Virus record (IMG/VR): IMGVR_UViG_3300028800_000064
Span: 1 to 64,000 of that record
Reading direction: 5' to 3' (one strand)
Source of the DNA: a virus
DNA: 64,000 nt
Positions 54,768 to 64,000 of the stretch are shown here, piece after piece. A program made the position numbers and the translations under genes. The notes below the pieces were generated by a model. It saw nothing but the letters and a program-made list of their open reading frames with translations, was not told where the DNA came from and did not search any database. Positions within the stretch are counted from its first letter, which is position 1. Every line of letters begins with the position of its first letter.

Positions 54768-57700
54768 ATGGCGCGCCGATTAAGCGCATCCGATCCGATC
54801 TTGTCCATCGATTTCTGGACATCCGGATTTTATACATATCGCTCGCAGCTGTTCGCTCCGTTCAAGGGAATCGGAGTCAACGTAGTGTCTTTCCACGACC
54901 CGGTGATTGCGGGCAGCAACATGGAAGACACCGACAAGCTGGAGTGGCAACGCCGTCCCGGCTTCTCTATATTCTGCCCGATCCCTCTCGCTGACGATGA
55001 AGTTGTCAATCAGTTCTATTCTTATCGGAATTTGAATGGTGTCGTGGTTTCCCTGTTCGACTCGACCACGCGCTTGGCCTCTTTCACGGATACGACGCTA
55101 ACGCCCATTATCACGAAGACCACATCCGAACAGGGTTTCATCAGCGCGGTTGGGAATATGTTTTATTTCTCCGACGGAGCTTCTGCCGATCTATACAAGT
55201 TCGACGGGGCGAACGTCAGTGTCTGGGGGCTGGCTGCGCCGACTGTGACGCCTACAGTTTCAGGCATGGGTTTTTGGCAACCGTTTACCAGCAGCAGCAA
55301 AATCGGGACGATCCTGGACACGAATGGAAGCATCGAAAGCTTGTCCAGCGTCTTCAGTCCGAACGGGACGCAGGAGTCTCCGGGTTCCAGCGACATTATT
55401 TTCATTCCGGGCGGCGGTGGCAACGGCGGCAGCGCGGCGAACTGGGCGGGGGGCGCATTTCCCGGTGCGAAATATACTGAGACGTTCAACGATTGTTTTA
55501 GCCACTACCTGTTTTTGAACAGCTTCAATTTCCATATTCCGGCTGCAGCTACCATCACTGGGATCGAAGTGATTCTGTACAAGTACGCGGACAATGTCGT
55601 CAATCCGGCGAGTTTCGTGCAAGATCGGAACGTGTTCTTGGTGGTTGGCGGAACTCCTGTGGGGTCGGATCGCGCGAAGGTGGGCAACTGGACCGACTCA
55701 GGGCTCGTGCCATATGTGTACGGCGGTAAGACCGATCTGTGGGGGCTGACCCCCAGTCCTGCGGACATCAACGCCAACGGTTTGTCTGGATTCGGCGTGG
55801 TCCTGTCGGCGAATCTTTTTACATCGTCCGCGAACGTGGATGCGGTCGTGGGGGTTTCCTCGCCTGTTGCGCCGGTCGTCACGATTTATTTCACCGTGCC
55901 TTCCGGAACGCCGACGCCTGGATTGTCGGGCGCGACCGAGCCTGTCTGGCCCACCGCTGTGAATGGCGTCGTGACCGATGGCGGAATTGCGTGGAGCAAT
56001 TTCGGTCCTATCGCGACTTGGTTTCCATTTACGAATTATCCCCCGCCGGTTGTGATTTTGGATATCAACGGCAATCTGCAGCTCGGTACTGCCACAACAC
56101 CCGTGGTGTTGGCGTGGGACGCTGGGACGACCTACTCGACCGGGGACCTGGTGAGTTTCGGCGGCTCGTATTGGATTTCTGTCTTCCCCACGGCGAACAT
56201 GGGGGTCGCGCCGAACTCTGTGACCACCGCGACAACCGGAGGAACCACTTCAGCTTACTGGGCTCCAGCATCTTCGCCAGTTCAAACAGGTCCAATCATG
56301 CCCGTGTGGCAAACCACACTTGGTGCGATCACCGATGATGGTGACTATGCGTGGGAGAACATTGGCCAGGGGACGGGTTTGGCTTTCGTGGGCTACTCCT
56401 ATGTCTATGGGTACCGCACAGTCTATGGTCATCTGACTACATCCTCGCAGACGAGCCTGAATACCGGGGCGATCCTGGGGCCGCTGAACGGAAGCATCAC
56501 CGCATTCTCCATTACCGGCGATGTGGTGACGTTTACGGGGAACAATAATTTCGTGGTTGGGAACGTGTTTGAAGTGACGGGATTGACGGTTGGGATATAT
56601 CTGAACAACCAATCGTTCACAGTTCTTTCGGCGGTGCCTTCGGCAACATTCCCGTTAACGCAGGTTCAGGTGACGACCAACGTTGTGACGGTTACTGCCC
56701 TCAACAATCTGATAGCTGGTCAAACAGTGACGTTCAACAATGTGGCCTCTGCGAGTTTTCTCAACGGCGTGACCGCGACGGTGTTGGCATCTGGATTGTC
56801 GGGCACCCAGTTTGAAGTGGACCTGACGAATCCGGATTACGGCCCAACGGCGGATTCAGGAAATGTGGTCATCGTCGGAAGTTGGACTGCGTCCTTTATG
56901 CACGCGGACGTGGGTGCAACCACCGACACGGGCGTTGCGCTGCCGCTGATCGCTACCATCACAGGCATGGGGACGGGCTCGCCGCTCAGCAATTCGGTGG
57001 CCAATATCACAGCTGTGAGCGTGGCCGCAAACATTGTCACGCTCATCGCCAGTAACAACTTTCAACCAGGCATTTGGGTGACGCTGGCAGGATTGACGAA
57101 CGCCACATTCTTGAACGGGATTCAGTTTCAAGTGATCTCCGTAGATAAGCTTGTGGGCACTTTGAACACTCAGTTCCAGGTGTTTCTTGAAAACGCGGAT
57201 TACGTGCAGACTGCGGATACGGGGACCGCGACCTTCAACGCGATTGAGATTTACCGTACCAGCGACGGTGGCGGGGTGTATCTGTTTGATGGCGCGGTGA
57301 CCAATCCCGGCGCGGGCGCAACATGGACCTACAATGATTTTGTGATCGACGCTGATTTGGATGTGCTGTTGGTGGCCCCCCAGGGACACCAGAATGATCC
57401 CCCGCCAGGCGGCGCGGGCTCGACGATCACGCCCGTGGGGACGCTGTCGGTTTATTGGCAGGGTCGCCTGTGGCTGGTTGTGGGGAACTTCGTCTATTTC
57501 GACGCGGGTCCGGACTGCACCAATGGTATCCCCGAGGAATCATGGCCCCCTGGCAACCGTTTCCAGTTCGCAGGCCCTGTGTTCGGTCTGGAGATCACAG
57601 CGGACGGCGTTGGTCTCCTTGTTTACCTGGCCGACAGGGTTGCGGCCATCTTGGGCGGCCCTGAGACAATTTCATTCTATGCGACCAATGCGCTGTCGAA

Positions 57701-59006
57701 TTTCGGCATTTCCAACTTTAACGCGATCTTCCGCGATGGGTCGGTCATCGGGCAGTTTACTACACAGCGTCAGTATTTTGAATTGCTGGAGAAAGAGAAG
57801 CAAGAGATCGGGTCACACATCGCGGACTATTTGACCCAGAATTTCGACGCGGCGTCCACATACGTGACGATGCATCGTGACGGTCTGGACGTGGGTGTCT
57901 TCCTGAGCAACGGTGTGGATCAAGTTCTTCGGTTTGGAAGCAACATCAGTGCGTGGAGTGTTCCAGCCTTCCCCACCTTTGGTGCGGGCGCGCTGCGTTC
58001 GATTGAAACCGCAGTGGGTGTGTACAGCTTGATGTTGGCGACACCGCGTGGCGGAGTGACGGCCACCGTTGGCCCGGTGAATCCAACCTCCGGCACCAGT
58101 GTCGGCGCGGGAACCGCATGGCTGACACCCAACAATATCACGTTGGGCAATCCGGCAGATTATGCTACCGCGACCTTTGCAGGCTCAGGCACATCGGCCA
58201 TTTTGCGCGCGGCGGGCTACCCTGCGGCGCTGAGTGTTCCCACAACGGCAGTGATCCAGGGTGTAACCGTTTCGATTGTCGGAAAGCAAACGACCGCCTC
58301 GAATCTGACTGTGACGATCACGCCGACAAATGCGGTTGCTGGCGCGGAGACTCACACGTTCAGCTTCGGGACGACGAACACTACGGAAACTTTTGGCAGC
58401 TCGACCGATCTATGGGGGATGCCGTGGGGAAGCCCTGTCAGCGGAGTGATTGGTTTTGACATCACAACCGCCAATACCGGGGGCGGCACGCCCGAGGTTT
58501 TTGTGGCCGAAGTCCGCGTTACCGTGACCTATCAAAATCCAGGGAACTATCTGTACGCGCGCGACACCAACTCCTGGGGTGACGCCGGAGTATACGGCGC
58601 GAATAACGGGACGCCGTACGACACTACGAACATCACAGTCGGCAGCATCACGCTATCTCAACCTGGCGGTCTGCTCATCCCACTGCAGCATGTCGTGGGA
58701 TACTTCGACGCGGCAGGTACGCTTGACCATGGCGGTCCCTCGATCCCGAACATCTGGATCATGCCGAACGAGATTTCCGACGACGCGGGCATCGGATTCG
58801 TTTACTTGCCCGAGGTATCGCAGGAGCCCCCTACCGGGCAGAATATGCCGTCCAAGTCTTTGTTGTCCTTGCGGTGGCCGGTGAACATGGTGAACAGCAA
58901 CACAATGTCTCAGTTTATCCATCACCTGCAGGTGAAGATTCAGTTTGAACCTGAGAATGCGCCGAACACGATCAAAGTGTTGGCGTTCAAACAAGATCAG
59001 TCATAA
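54768..59006 (+). CDS. large tail protein (nozzle/hub-like) with inserted binding modules
   Basis: N-terminal QRRPGF, YWQGRLW and ESWP propeller-like motifs; CBM5/12-like WDAGTTYSTGDLV. Confidence 0.7.
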   Translation: MARRLSASDPILSIDFWTSGFYTYRSQLFAPFKGIGVNVVSFHDPVIAGSNMEDTDKLEWQRRPGFSIFCPIPLADDEVVNQFYSYRNLNGVVVSLFDSTTRLASFTDTTLTPIITKTTSEQGFISAVGNMFYFSDGASADLYKFDGANVSVWGLAAPTVTPTVSGMGFWQPFTSSSKIGTILDTNGSIESLSSVFSPNGTQESPGSSDIIFIPGGGGNGGSAANWAGGAFPGAKYTETFNDCFSHYLFLNSFNFHIPAAATITGIEVILYKYADNVVNPASFVQDRNVFLVVGGTPVGSDRAKVGNWTDSGLVPYVYGGKTDLWGLTPSPADINANGLSGFGVVLSANLFTSSANVDAVVGVSSPVAPVVTIYFTVPSGTPTPGLSGATEPVWPTAVNGVVTDGGIAWSNFGPIATWFPFTNYPPPVVILDINGNLQLGTATTPVVLAWDAGTTYSTGDLVSFGGSYWISVFPTANMGVAPNSVTTATTGGTTSAYWAPASSPVQTGPIMPVWQTTLGAITDDGDYAWENIGQGTGLAFVGYSYVYGYRTVYGHLTTSSQTSLNTGAILGPLNGSITAFSITGDVVTFTGNNNFVVGNVFEVTGLTVGIYLNNQSFTVLSAVPSATFPLTQVQVTTNVVTVTALNNLIAGQTVTFNNVASASFLNGVTATVLASGLSGTQFEVDLTNPDYGPTADSGNVVIVGSWTASFMHADVGATTDTGVALPLIATITGMGTGSPLSNSVANITAVSVAANIVTLIASNNFQPGIWVTLAGLTNATFLNGIQFQVISVDKLVGTLNTQFQVFLENADYVQTADTGTATFNAIEIYRTSDGGGVYLFDGAVTNPGAGATWTYNDFVIDADLDVLLVAPQGHQNDPPPGGAGSTITPVGTLSVYWQGRLWLVVGNFVYFDAGPDCTNGIPEESWPPGNRFQFAGPVFGLEITADGVGLLVYLADRVAAILGGPETISFYATNALSNFGISNFNAIFRDGSVIGQFTTQRQYFELLEKEKQEIGSHIADYLTQNFDAASTYVTMHRDGLDVGVFLSNGVDQVLRFGSNISAWSVPAFPTFGAGALRSIETAVGVYSLMLATPRGGVTATVGPVNPTSGTSVGAGTAWLTPNNITLGNPADYATATFAGSGTSAILRAAGYPAALSVPTTAVIQGVTVSIVGKQTTASNLTVTITPTNAVAGAETHTFSFGTTNTTETFGSSTDLWGMPWGSPVSGVIGFDITTANTGGGTPEVFVAEVRVTVTYQNPGNYLYARDTNSWGDAGVYGANNGTPYDTTNITVGSITLSQPGGLLIPLQHVVGYFDAAGTLDHGGPSIPNIWIMPNEISDDAGIGFVYLPEVSQEPPTGQNMPSKSLLSLRWPVNMVNSNTMSQFIHHLQVKIQFEPENAPNTIKVLAFKQDQS

Positions 59007-59015
59007 GGCGGTACT

Positions 59016-59495
59016 ATGAAAACACAGGATGATCGGCTTCAACCGCATGCGGGATCGACACCCAGCTCTCAGGTTGTGTGGCCTGCGAATCGGCAGCAAG
59101 CCAACCAGATTCAACAGACCAAGGGTTCAGCGAAGCCCCAGACGTTCGATGTGAAACCAACCACGCAACCCAACCAGTCGGCGGTTGCGCCGCGCACGAC
59201 CCCAGGACCTGTAACCAACATTCGGGTGGTTTCGACGCGCCCGGCCAACGGCCAGAAGACCATTACGGTGCAGTTCAATCATCCGGCAGCAGACCCATAT
59301 TTTGCAGGTGCGAATATCTACCTGCGTCGCGCAGGGAGCCAGCAGCCGGTGCTGGTAGCGGGGGGCGCGCAATCACCCTTGACGTTTACGGTGCCGGTGC
59401 ATACCGCGCCGCACACCATTCACATCACCTCGTTTGGCAACTGGGGGGAGACGGATGTGAAAACGAGCCCGAGTCGGCCCGTCCGGTTGATGTAG
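59016..59495 (+). CDS. hypothetical protein with FN3/Ig-like C-terminal domain
   Basis: PGPVTNIRV...ITVQF...GANIY. Confidence 0.6.
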   Translation: MKTQDDRLQPHAGSTPSSQVVWPANRQQANQIQQTKGSAKPQTFDVKPTTQPNQSAVAPRTTPGPVTNIRVVSTRPANGQKTITVQFNHPAADPYFAGANIYLRRAGSQQPVLVAGGAQSPLTFTVPVHTAPHTIHITSFGNWGETDVKTSPSRPVRLM

Positions 59496-59500
59496 AATTA

Positions 59501-59517
59501 AGACTTTGGTTTCTTAA
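59501..59517 (+). promoter_or_regulatory. late promoter motif copy 11
   Basis: AGACTT tggtttc TTAA. Confidence 0.55.
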
Positions 59518-59532
59518 TCAGGGAGACCTTTT

Positions 59533-59979
59533 ATGAGCGGACAGTGGACCTTTCGGCTGGCAGTACCGGAAGACGCGGAAGCATTTGCGCGCTGGGCGGC
59601 TGGTAACCCGCTGATCGATCCAAAGGACTTGCAGACAGGGCTCAAGAAAAACAATCCGACGATCTTGTTTTTCGCAGTAGAAAAAGATGGCGTTGTGCAG
59701 GCGTTCGCGCCGCTGTACTGCCCAATGATCTTGGCTTATCTGGGTTTCAACCCTGAGGCGACAAGCGAAGACAAAAAGCAAGCGATGCAGACGTTGCTGG
59801 ACGGGGTTTCGGCGTTCGCGGTGCAGTTCGGGATTCGCGAGATCATAACGTTGAGCAAGGAAAAATATCCTGTTGCGCAGTGGGCTTTGGCCCATGGGTT
59901 TGAGATTGATCCGCGCCAGCTTTTGAAATTAGACTTGAACAAAATTATGGAATCTGCAGAGGTACCAGCAAATGTGTAG
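59533..59979 (+). CDS. GNAT-like protein
   Basis: FRLAVPEDA start, ALAHGF near the end; position before ejection genes as in podoviruses. Confidence 0.55.
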   Translation: MSGQWTFRLAVPEDAEAFARWAAGNPLIDPKDLQTGLKKNNPTILFFAVEKDGVVQAFAPLYCPMILAYLGFNPEATSEDKKQAMQTLLDGVSAFAVQFGIREIITLSKEKYPVAQWALAHGFEIDPRQLLKLDLNKIMESAEVPANV

Positions 59980-60589
59980 TAGTGGCGGTGCTGTTGCACA
60001 TAACGACGAAGCTCTCCAAAACGCAAGCCTTGCTGCGTACAAGGTGATGAATGCGGATTTTGGCACAACCTTCGCCGAACAGCAGCAGGTGCTTGGTCAG
60101 CAGCGCGCCAAGCTGGAGTCTATCGCAGCGAACCCGATGGGATATACGCCTGAACAACTGCATACGGCTACCACTTCGATCAACGATAATACGGCGACAG
60201 CAGCGAAACAAGCGATTGGTGCGGCGGCTTCCTACGCGGCGGCACATGGCGGCGCGGATATAGGTTCGGGTCCCACGGGCCAAATCGCGGGACAGATCGC
60301 ATCAGGGGCGGCACAAAGCAAAGCCCAGCAACTGAGCGCGCTGAGTAACGCGAATCAGGAGATGAAGCAGCAAAATTTCAGGTATGCGATTAGCGGTCTG
60401 ACCAATGTAGGAAGTGAGTACGGCAGCGAAGGCGGAACAGCCCTTAGCGGGGCTTCCAGCGATTCCAGCGGGGTGGTTAACTCAGGGTCGGGAGTCTTGG
60501 CGGCACAGGCCGCAGATCGCGCCAACACAATGGGACTGATTAAGGGGATCGCTGGCCTCGTCACCTCGCCTTTCACGGGCAACGCTTAA
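59972..60589 (+). CDS. internal virion / ejection protein (small)
   Basis: MC start, A/G/S/Q-rich. Confidence 0.6.
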   Translation: MCSSGGAVAHNDEALQNASLAAYKVMNADFGTTFAEQQQVLGQQRAKLESIAANPMGYTPEQLHTATTSINDNTATAAKQAIGAAASYAAAHGGADIGSGPTGQIAGQIASGAAQSKAQQLSALSNANQEMKQQNFRYAISGLTNVGSEYGSEGGTALSGASSDSSGVVNSGSGVLAAQAADRANTMGLIKGIAGLVTSPFTGNA

Positions 60590-60602
60590 ATAAGGATTTC
60601 TC

Positions 60603-61316
60603 ATGTCCGAAAAAGTGAATTTGCAGCGGTCTTATAGCTCGTTGAACGAACGGCTCGCAAAACTGTTTGATGAGTCAGGCGTGCGGCGTTCTTTCACGAT
60701 CCCGTACATTGACGGGCAGAAGACTGATGAACATATCCAAGCGGTTGGGCAGGTGGCCGCGCAAGCTGGCGGATTGACCAATAATTTGGTCACGTCATCT
60801 CATCATTCGACTGGGAAGGGTTGGGGAACCGGAGATGGCCATACGGTTGGTCATCCCAGTGAGAAGCTCCGGGCCACGGTGATCCCCCAGAATGACGAGA
60901 ACGCCAAATCCGCGATTGAGGCGGCGCAGAAGTACCTGACAGACGTGGCAAAACTGGTTGGAGATGATGATCCGACTATCGTGGTTGCCAACCATCAGCT
61001 TGACCTGGTTAAGAAAACTGACGGCTCGGGAATGAATTTGCTGGACTTTGGTGTTATGCTGACTCAAATCATGTCGGCTCCTACGCAAGCGGTGGCGCGG
61101 GCACATTCCGGAACCAAGGATGGGGGGCATTCTCCTCAACTCCGGGCTCCCGGCGCGCAAGCGGCTCAGGAATCGACGGACGAGCCCCAAGGCGAGGCTC
61201 CGGCGGCTGGACAGGCATCAGAGGGTCAGGAAGCGGCTCCGGCAGCCCAGGCGGCTCCTGCAGCTAACGCGACCCCATCTGGCGCAGCTCCTGCGGCAGC
61301 GCAGGCACAAGGATAA
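60603..61316 (+). CDS. hypothetical virion-associated protein
   Basis: In the ejection gene cluster; A/P/Q-rich tail. Confidence 0.6.
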   Translation: MSEKVNLQRSYSSLNERLAKLFDESGVRRSFTIPYIDGQKTDEHIQAVGQVAAQAGGLTNNLVTSSHHSTGKGWGTGDGHTVGHPSEKLRATVIPQNDENAKSAIEAAQKYLTDVAKLVGDDDPTIVVANHQLDLVKKTDGSGMNLLDFGVMLTQIMSAPTQAVARAHSGTKDGGHSPQLRAPGAQAAQESTDEPQGEAPAAGQASEGQEAAPAAQAAPAANATPSGAAPAAAQAQG

Positions 61317-61321
61317 CGATC

Positions 61322-63103
61322 ATGGACGACACATCCACAACTCCGGTAGCCACCCCCGCGCCCGATGACACGGCAGCGGCTGCCGCGCCTGCGCCCACAG
61401 CTCCGGCTTCTGATCCGGCATCGGTTCAGGCGCAGATTGCTCCTTTTCAGCAGAAGGAACAGGAGGCCTATCAAAAAGCTTCCGATTTGGCTAATCCTCC
61501 TGCCGCGCCAGCACCAGGACCGCATGCTCGGCTTCTTTCCATGGTGAAAGGCTTGGTACAAGGCTTGGCAATCGGGGCCGACGCTTTTGCTACCAGTGAA
61601 GCTACGGGGGGCAAAGAGGGCGGTGTTCAAGAGGTTCTGAAGGTTCGCCAGGAACAACAGCAACAAAAAATTCAGGCGCAGCAAGCCGCCACGGCGCAGC
61701 GCAACCAGCAGATTCAGCAACAGTTGATGGTTGGGGATACCAACCACAAATTGGCGCAGAACATCATTCTGTTGGCCACGTTGCCCAATGAATTGGCCAA
61801 GAGCGATCTCGAAGTGAAGGGCGCGCAGCAAGCGCAGGCGATAACCGGTGCCGATTTCCAAGCGGCGCACGGCGGCATGACGCCCCAGGAGTTCAGTACT
61901 GCTTTGTCCGGAACTGCACCCGCAAACGGCGGGCAAGGCGGTACCGCGAGTTCGTTTTTCACGACCACGGCAACTCAGCAACTGGGCGCAGCTCAGAAGA
62001 TTTTGGGCTCGGACGATCCATACGTGCAGAAACTGCAGACCGTGCTTTCCGATCCGAAGGCAACGCCCAAGGATTTGTGGACGGCCACCAATCAAGTTCA
62101 AAATCAAGTTGGGCTCCAAGAGAAGGCGACCGAAGCGCAGACGAAGCGCGAGGCTGCGGCGTCCAACAGTCCCGTTGGCAAACTCTCCACACCTGAGGCT
62201 CTTGTGGCCCCCGGCGCGGTAGAGGCAATCAACGCGAAAATCAAGGACCCGAGCACGGACCCCAAAGACGTTCCGCGACTGCAAGCTCTGATTCCTCTGG
62301 CGCAGGCTGCGCAGGAACACAAAATTGCGTTGGACCGCCAGCAGAAGCAGATGGAGCAGGATGTGCAGGCGGGTGACCCTGCGGTTATTGGGCAGGAAAT
62401 GGCCTCGGGTCTTGTTGCGCCATCTCAGGTTTTGAGCGCGCGTTCCATGAGTCGTCCATTTTATTCGAAGGTGCTGTCTGCCGCGAATGATGCAAGTATG
62501 AAGGCGACTGGGAAGCCCTTTGATGCCACGCAAGCAGAAGCTCAATACAAGTACGCGCTCAACCCGCAGACTCAGAATACACTCAACATGGTGGATTCAC
62601 TGGAGAAGCCAGGCGGAGTCGCAGACATTCTTTTGGAAAAAGGCAAAGCGTTGCCTACTGTCGGGGTTCCTAAGTTCAACAGCTGGGAGCAAGCCCTGAG
62701 TTACCAAACAGGCGGCAAAGAGGTTCCTGCGTACATGCCTGCAGCGGTGGATTTTGCGGACATGTATTCGAAAATCATGGGCGGCGGCGTCGGTAGCGAT
62801 TCCGCACGGCTCCAAGCTTTGAATCTTGTCCTGGCCGCACAAAACGCACCTCAGCGCGCGGCGTCGGTTGAGACCCTCAAGGATACACTGAAGCAACGCG
62901 GTGGCAGCATGGTGCGGGATAATCCCACGCTGAACGCCATGTATCCCAATTTGACGCAGAAGGTCAAGGCGTCCAATTTTGCGCGTCCTGCTAATGTTTC
63001 GGCGAACGCGAAACTCATGCAAGCTCCTGGGGGCCAGCCTCACTGGATCGAGCCTCAAAATCAAGCCGCCGCGAAGAACGCGGGCGCGGTTGAGATACAA
63101 TAA
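61322..63103 (+). CDS. internal virion / DNA ejection protein
   Basis: 593 aa A/Q-rich helical protein. Confidence 0.65.
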   Translation: MDDTSTTPVATPAPDDTAAAAAPAPTAPASDPASVQAQIAPFQQKEQEAYQKASDLANPPAAPAPGPHARLLSMVKGLVQGLAIGADAFATSEATGGKEGGVQEVLKVRQEQQQQKIQAQQAATAQRNQQIQQQLMVGDTNHKLAQNIILLATLPNELAKSDLEVKGAQQAQAITGADFQAAHGGMTPQEFSTALSGTAPANGGQGGTASSFFTTTATQQLGAAQKILGSDDPYVQKLQTVLSDPKATPKDLWTATNQVQNQVGLQEKATEAQTKREAAASNSPVGKLSTPEALVAPGAVEAINAKIKDPSTDPKDVPRLQALIPLAQAAQEHKIALDRQQKQMEQDVQAGDPAVIGQEMASGLVAPSQVLSARSMSRPFYSKVLSAANDASMKATGKPFDATQAEAQYKYALNPQTQNTLNMVDSLEKPGGVADILLEKGKALPTVGVPKFNSWEQALSYQTGGKEVPAYMPAAVDFADMYSKIMGGGVGSDSARLQALNLVLAAQNAPQRAASVETLKDTLKQRGGSMVRDNPTLNAMYPNLTQKVKASNFARPANVSANAKLMQAPGGQPHWIEPQNQAAAKNAGAVEIQ

Positions 63104-64000
63104 TGCCTCAAGACCCTTTAGCGCAACTTGGAGTTCCGGCCACACCTGCAGCGAATGCTGATCCGTTGGCTTCTCTCGGGGTGTCGGCAGCGTCGTCAAG
63201 CGGGTCTTCGCAGACCCCTCCCCCAAGCCAAGGTGTTCTCTCCACACTCGCGGACACGGGTGCGGATGTTGCGGCAGGGGTTGTCAAAGGCGCGGGCGAT
63301 ACGGTTAGCGGTGTCTCTCATCTTCTTAACAAAATTCCTGGTATCGGCGAAACGCTGGCTCCGTCCGCTGGTGTCGGGGCTCTCGATCAACTCGACACTT
63401 CGAAGAATACCGCCCAGTCCGTTGGCAAAGGGATTGAGGGAATCGCGGAGTTTGCTGCCGGGGACGAAGCCCTTGAGGGCGCGGCGAAGGCATCGAAGTT
63501 GGTGGCTCTGGCGCAGAAGTATCCGTTGATCGCCAAGACCCTGGACATGGCGACTGCCCATCCGTGGTTGGCGAAGATCATTACGGAAGGTGCGAAGGGT
63601 GCCACTGTTGGTGGTGCAGAGGGTACCGTCAAAGGTGCTCAGAAAAATCGCCCGGCTTCCGGCGCGGCAATCGGCGCGGCCACCGGTGGTTTGACCGGCG
63701 CAGCTGTTGGCTCCGCAGTAGGCGCGGTCGATGCGCTCAAAAGTATGAAAGTGAATCCATTCCGCGCCATACTAGAAGGAAAAGGTGTGGCACAGGAGCC
63801 TGCGGAAGCCGCGTTGCGTCAAGGCGTGCAGGAAAGCGCGCAAGCTGCGGGAGTCGCGCCAGCCGCGCAAGCAGGGATCGCTGCAAATCCCGTTCTGGCA
63901 GGCAACGAAACAGTTTTGGATGAACCGCTGCAACTTATCGCCAGCAAAGAAAAGAAGGCGTACCAAGCGGTCGATAAAACGGTTGGGTTCGACTTGAAAG
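63103..64000 (+). CDS. internal virion / ejection protein, truncated by window end
   Basis: TAATG overlap; MPQDPLAQLGV..., G/A-rich, appears open to the window end and so is absent from the track. Confidence 0.7.
   Translation, partial: MPQDPLAQLGVPATPAANADPLASLGVSAASSSGSSQTPPPSQGVLSTLADTGADVAAGVVKGAGDTVSGVSHLLNKIPGIGETLAPSAGVGALDQLDTSKNTAQSVGKGIEGIAEFAAGDEALEGAAKASKLVALAQKYPLIAKTLDMATAHPWLAKIITEGAKGATVGGAEGTVKGAQKNRPASGAAIGAATGGLTGAAVGSAVGAVDALKSMKVNPFRAILEGKGVAQEPAEAALRQGVQESAQAAGVAPAAQAGIAANPVLAGNETVLDEPLQLIASKEKKAYQAVDKTVGFDLK

Noticed and set aside
51684-59006. Diversity-generating retroelement acting on tail genes
   Set aside because: No reverse transcriptase, and the internal repeats are diverged at all bases rather than at adenines only.
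59931-59947. Twelfth late-motif copy
   Set aside because: Inside a CDS and lacks YATA at +7.
13922-62545. Long minus-strand ORFs (13922-15070, 19943-21208, 25487-26206, 48702-49778, 61226-62545)
   Set aside because: Antisense shadows of well-supported + strand genes with biased codon use; no motifs or RBS.

Overview
This 64 kb window is part of a tailed dsDNA bacteriophage genome, probably podovirus-like: adaptor, nozzle, GNAT and ejection-protein genes follow one another and no tape measure or sheath gene is visible. Almost all genes are on the + strand. Layout: small accessory genes (0-1.5 kb); morphogenesis block with groEL-groES, TerS, TerL, portal, scaffold and major capsid (1.5-17.7 kb); RNA cluster (17.7-18.85 kb); histidine phosphatase and a 1579-aa polyvalent protein (18.8-24.8 kb); replication, recombination and nucleotide block with Endo VII, RecA, DUF5664, NDT-like hydrolase, PolA, ERF, SSB, UvrD, PD-(D/E)XK nuclease, candidate origin and primase-helicase (24.9-40.2 kb); accessory genes and a GH108 endolysin (40-46 kb); two glycosyltransferases, then tail and ejection genes (46-64 kb, last gene truncated). 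The main find is in the RNA cluster. Besides three normal tRNAs (fMet-like CAT, Gly TCC, Thr TGT) there are three circularly permuted tRNA-like RNAs in the order T-arm, loop-closed acceptor stem, D-arm, opened at the anticodon loop and lacking anticodon and CCA. They sit in two units, each with a sigma70-type promoter predicted to start at the first stem and a U-tract at the end. Also notable: an 11-copy late-promoter-like motif (AGACTT-N7-YATA) found only before morphogenesis-block genes; back-to-back leaderless promoters with mirror-image -35 boxes; and a palindrome/TTAGG candidate origin splitting an initiator-like gene. All protein calls come from motif recognition by eye, with no database search.
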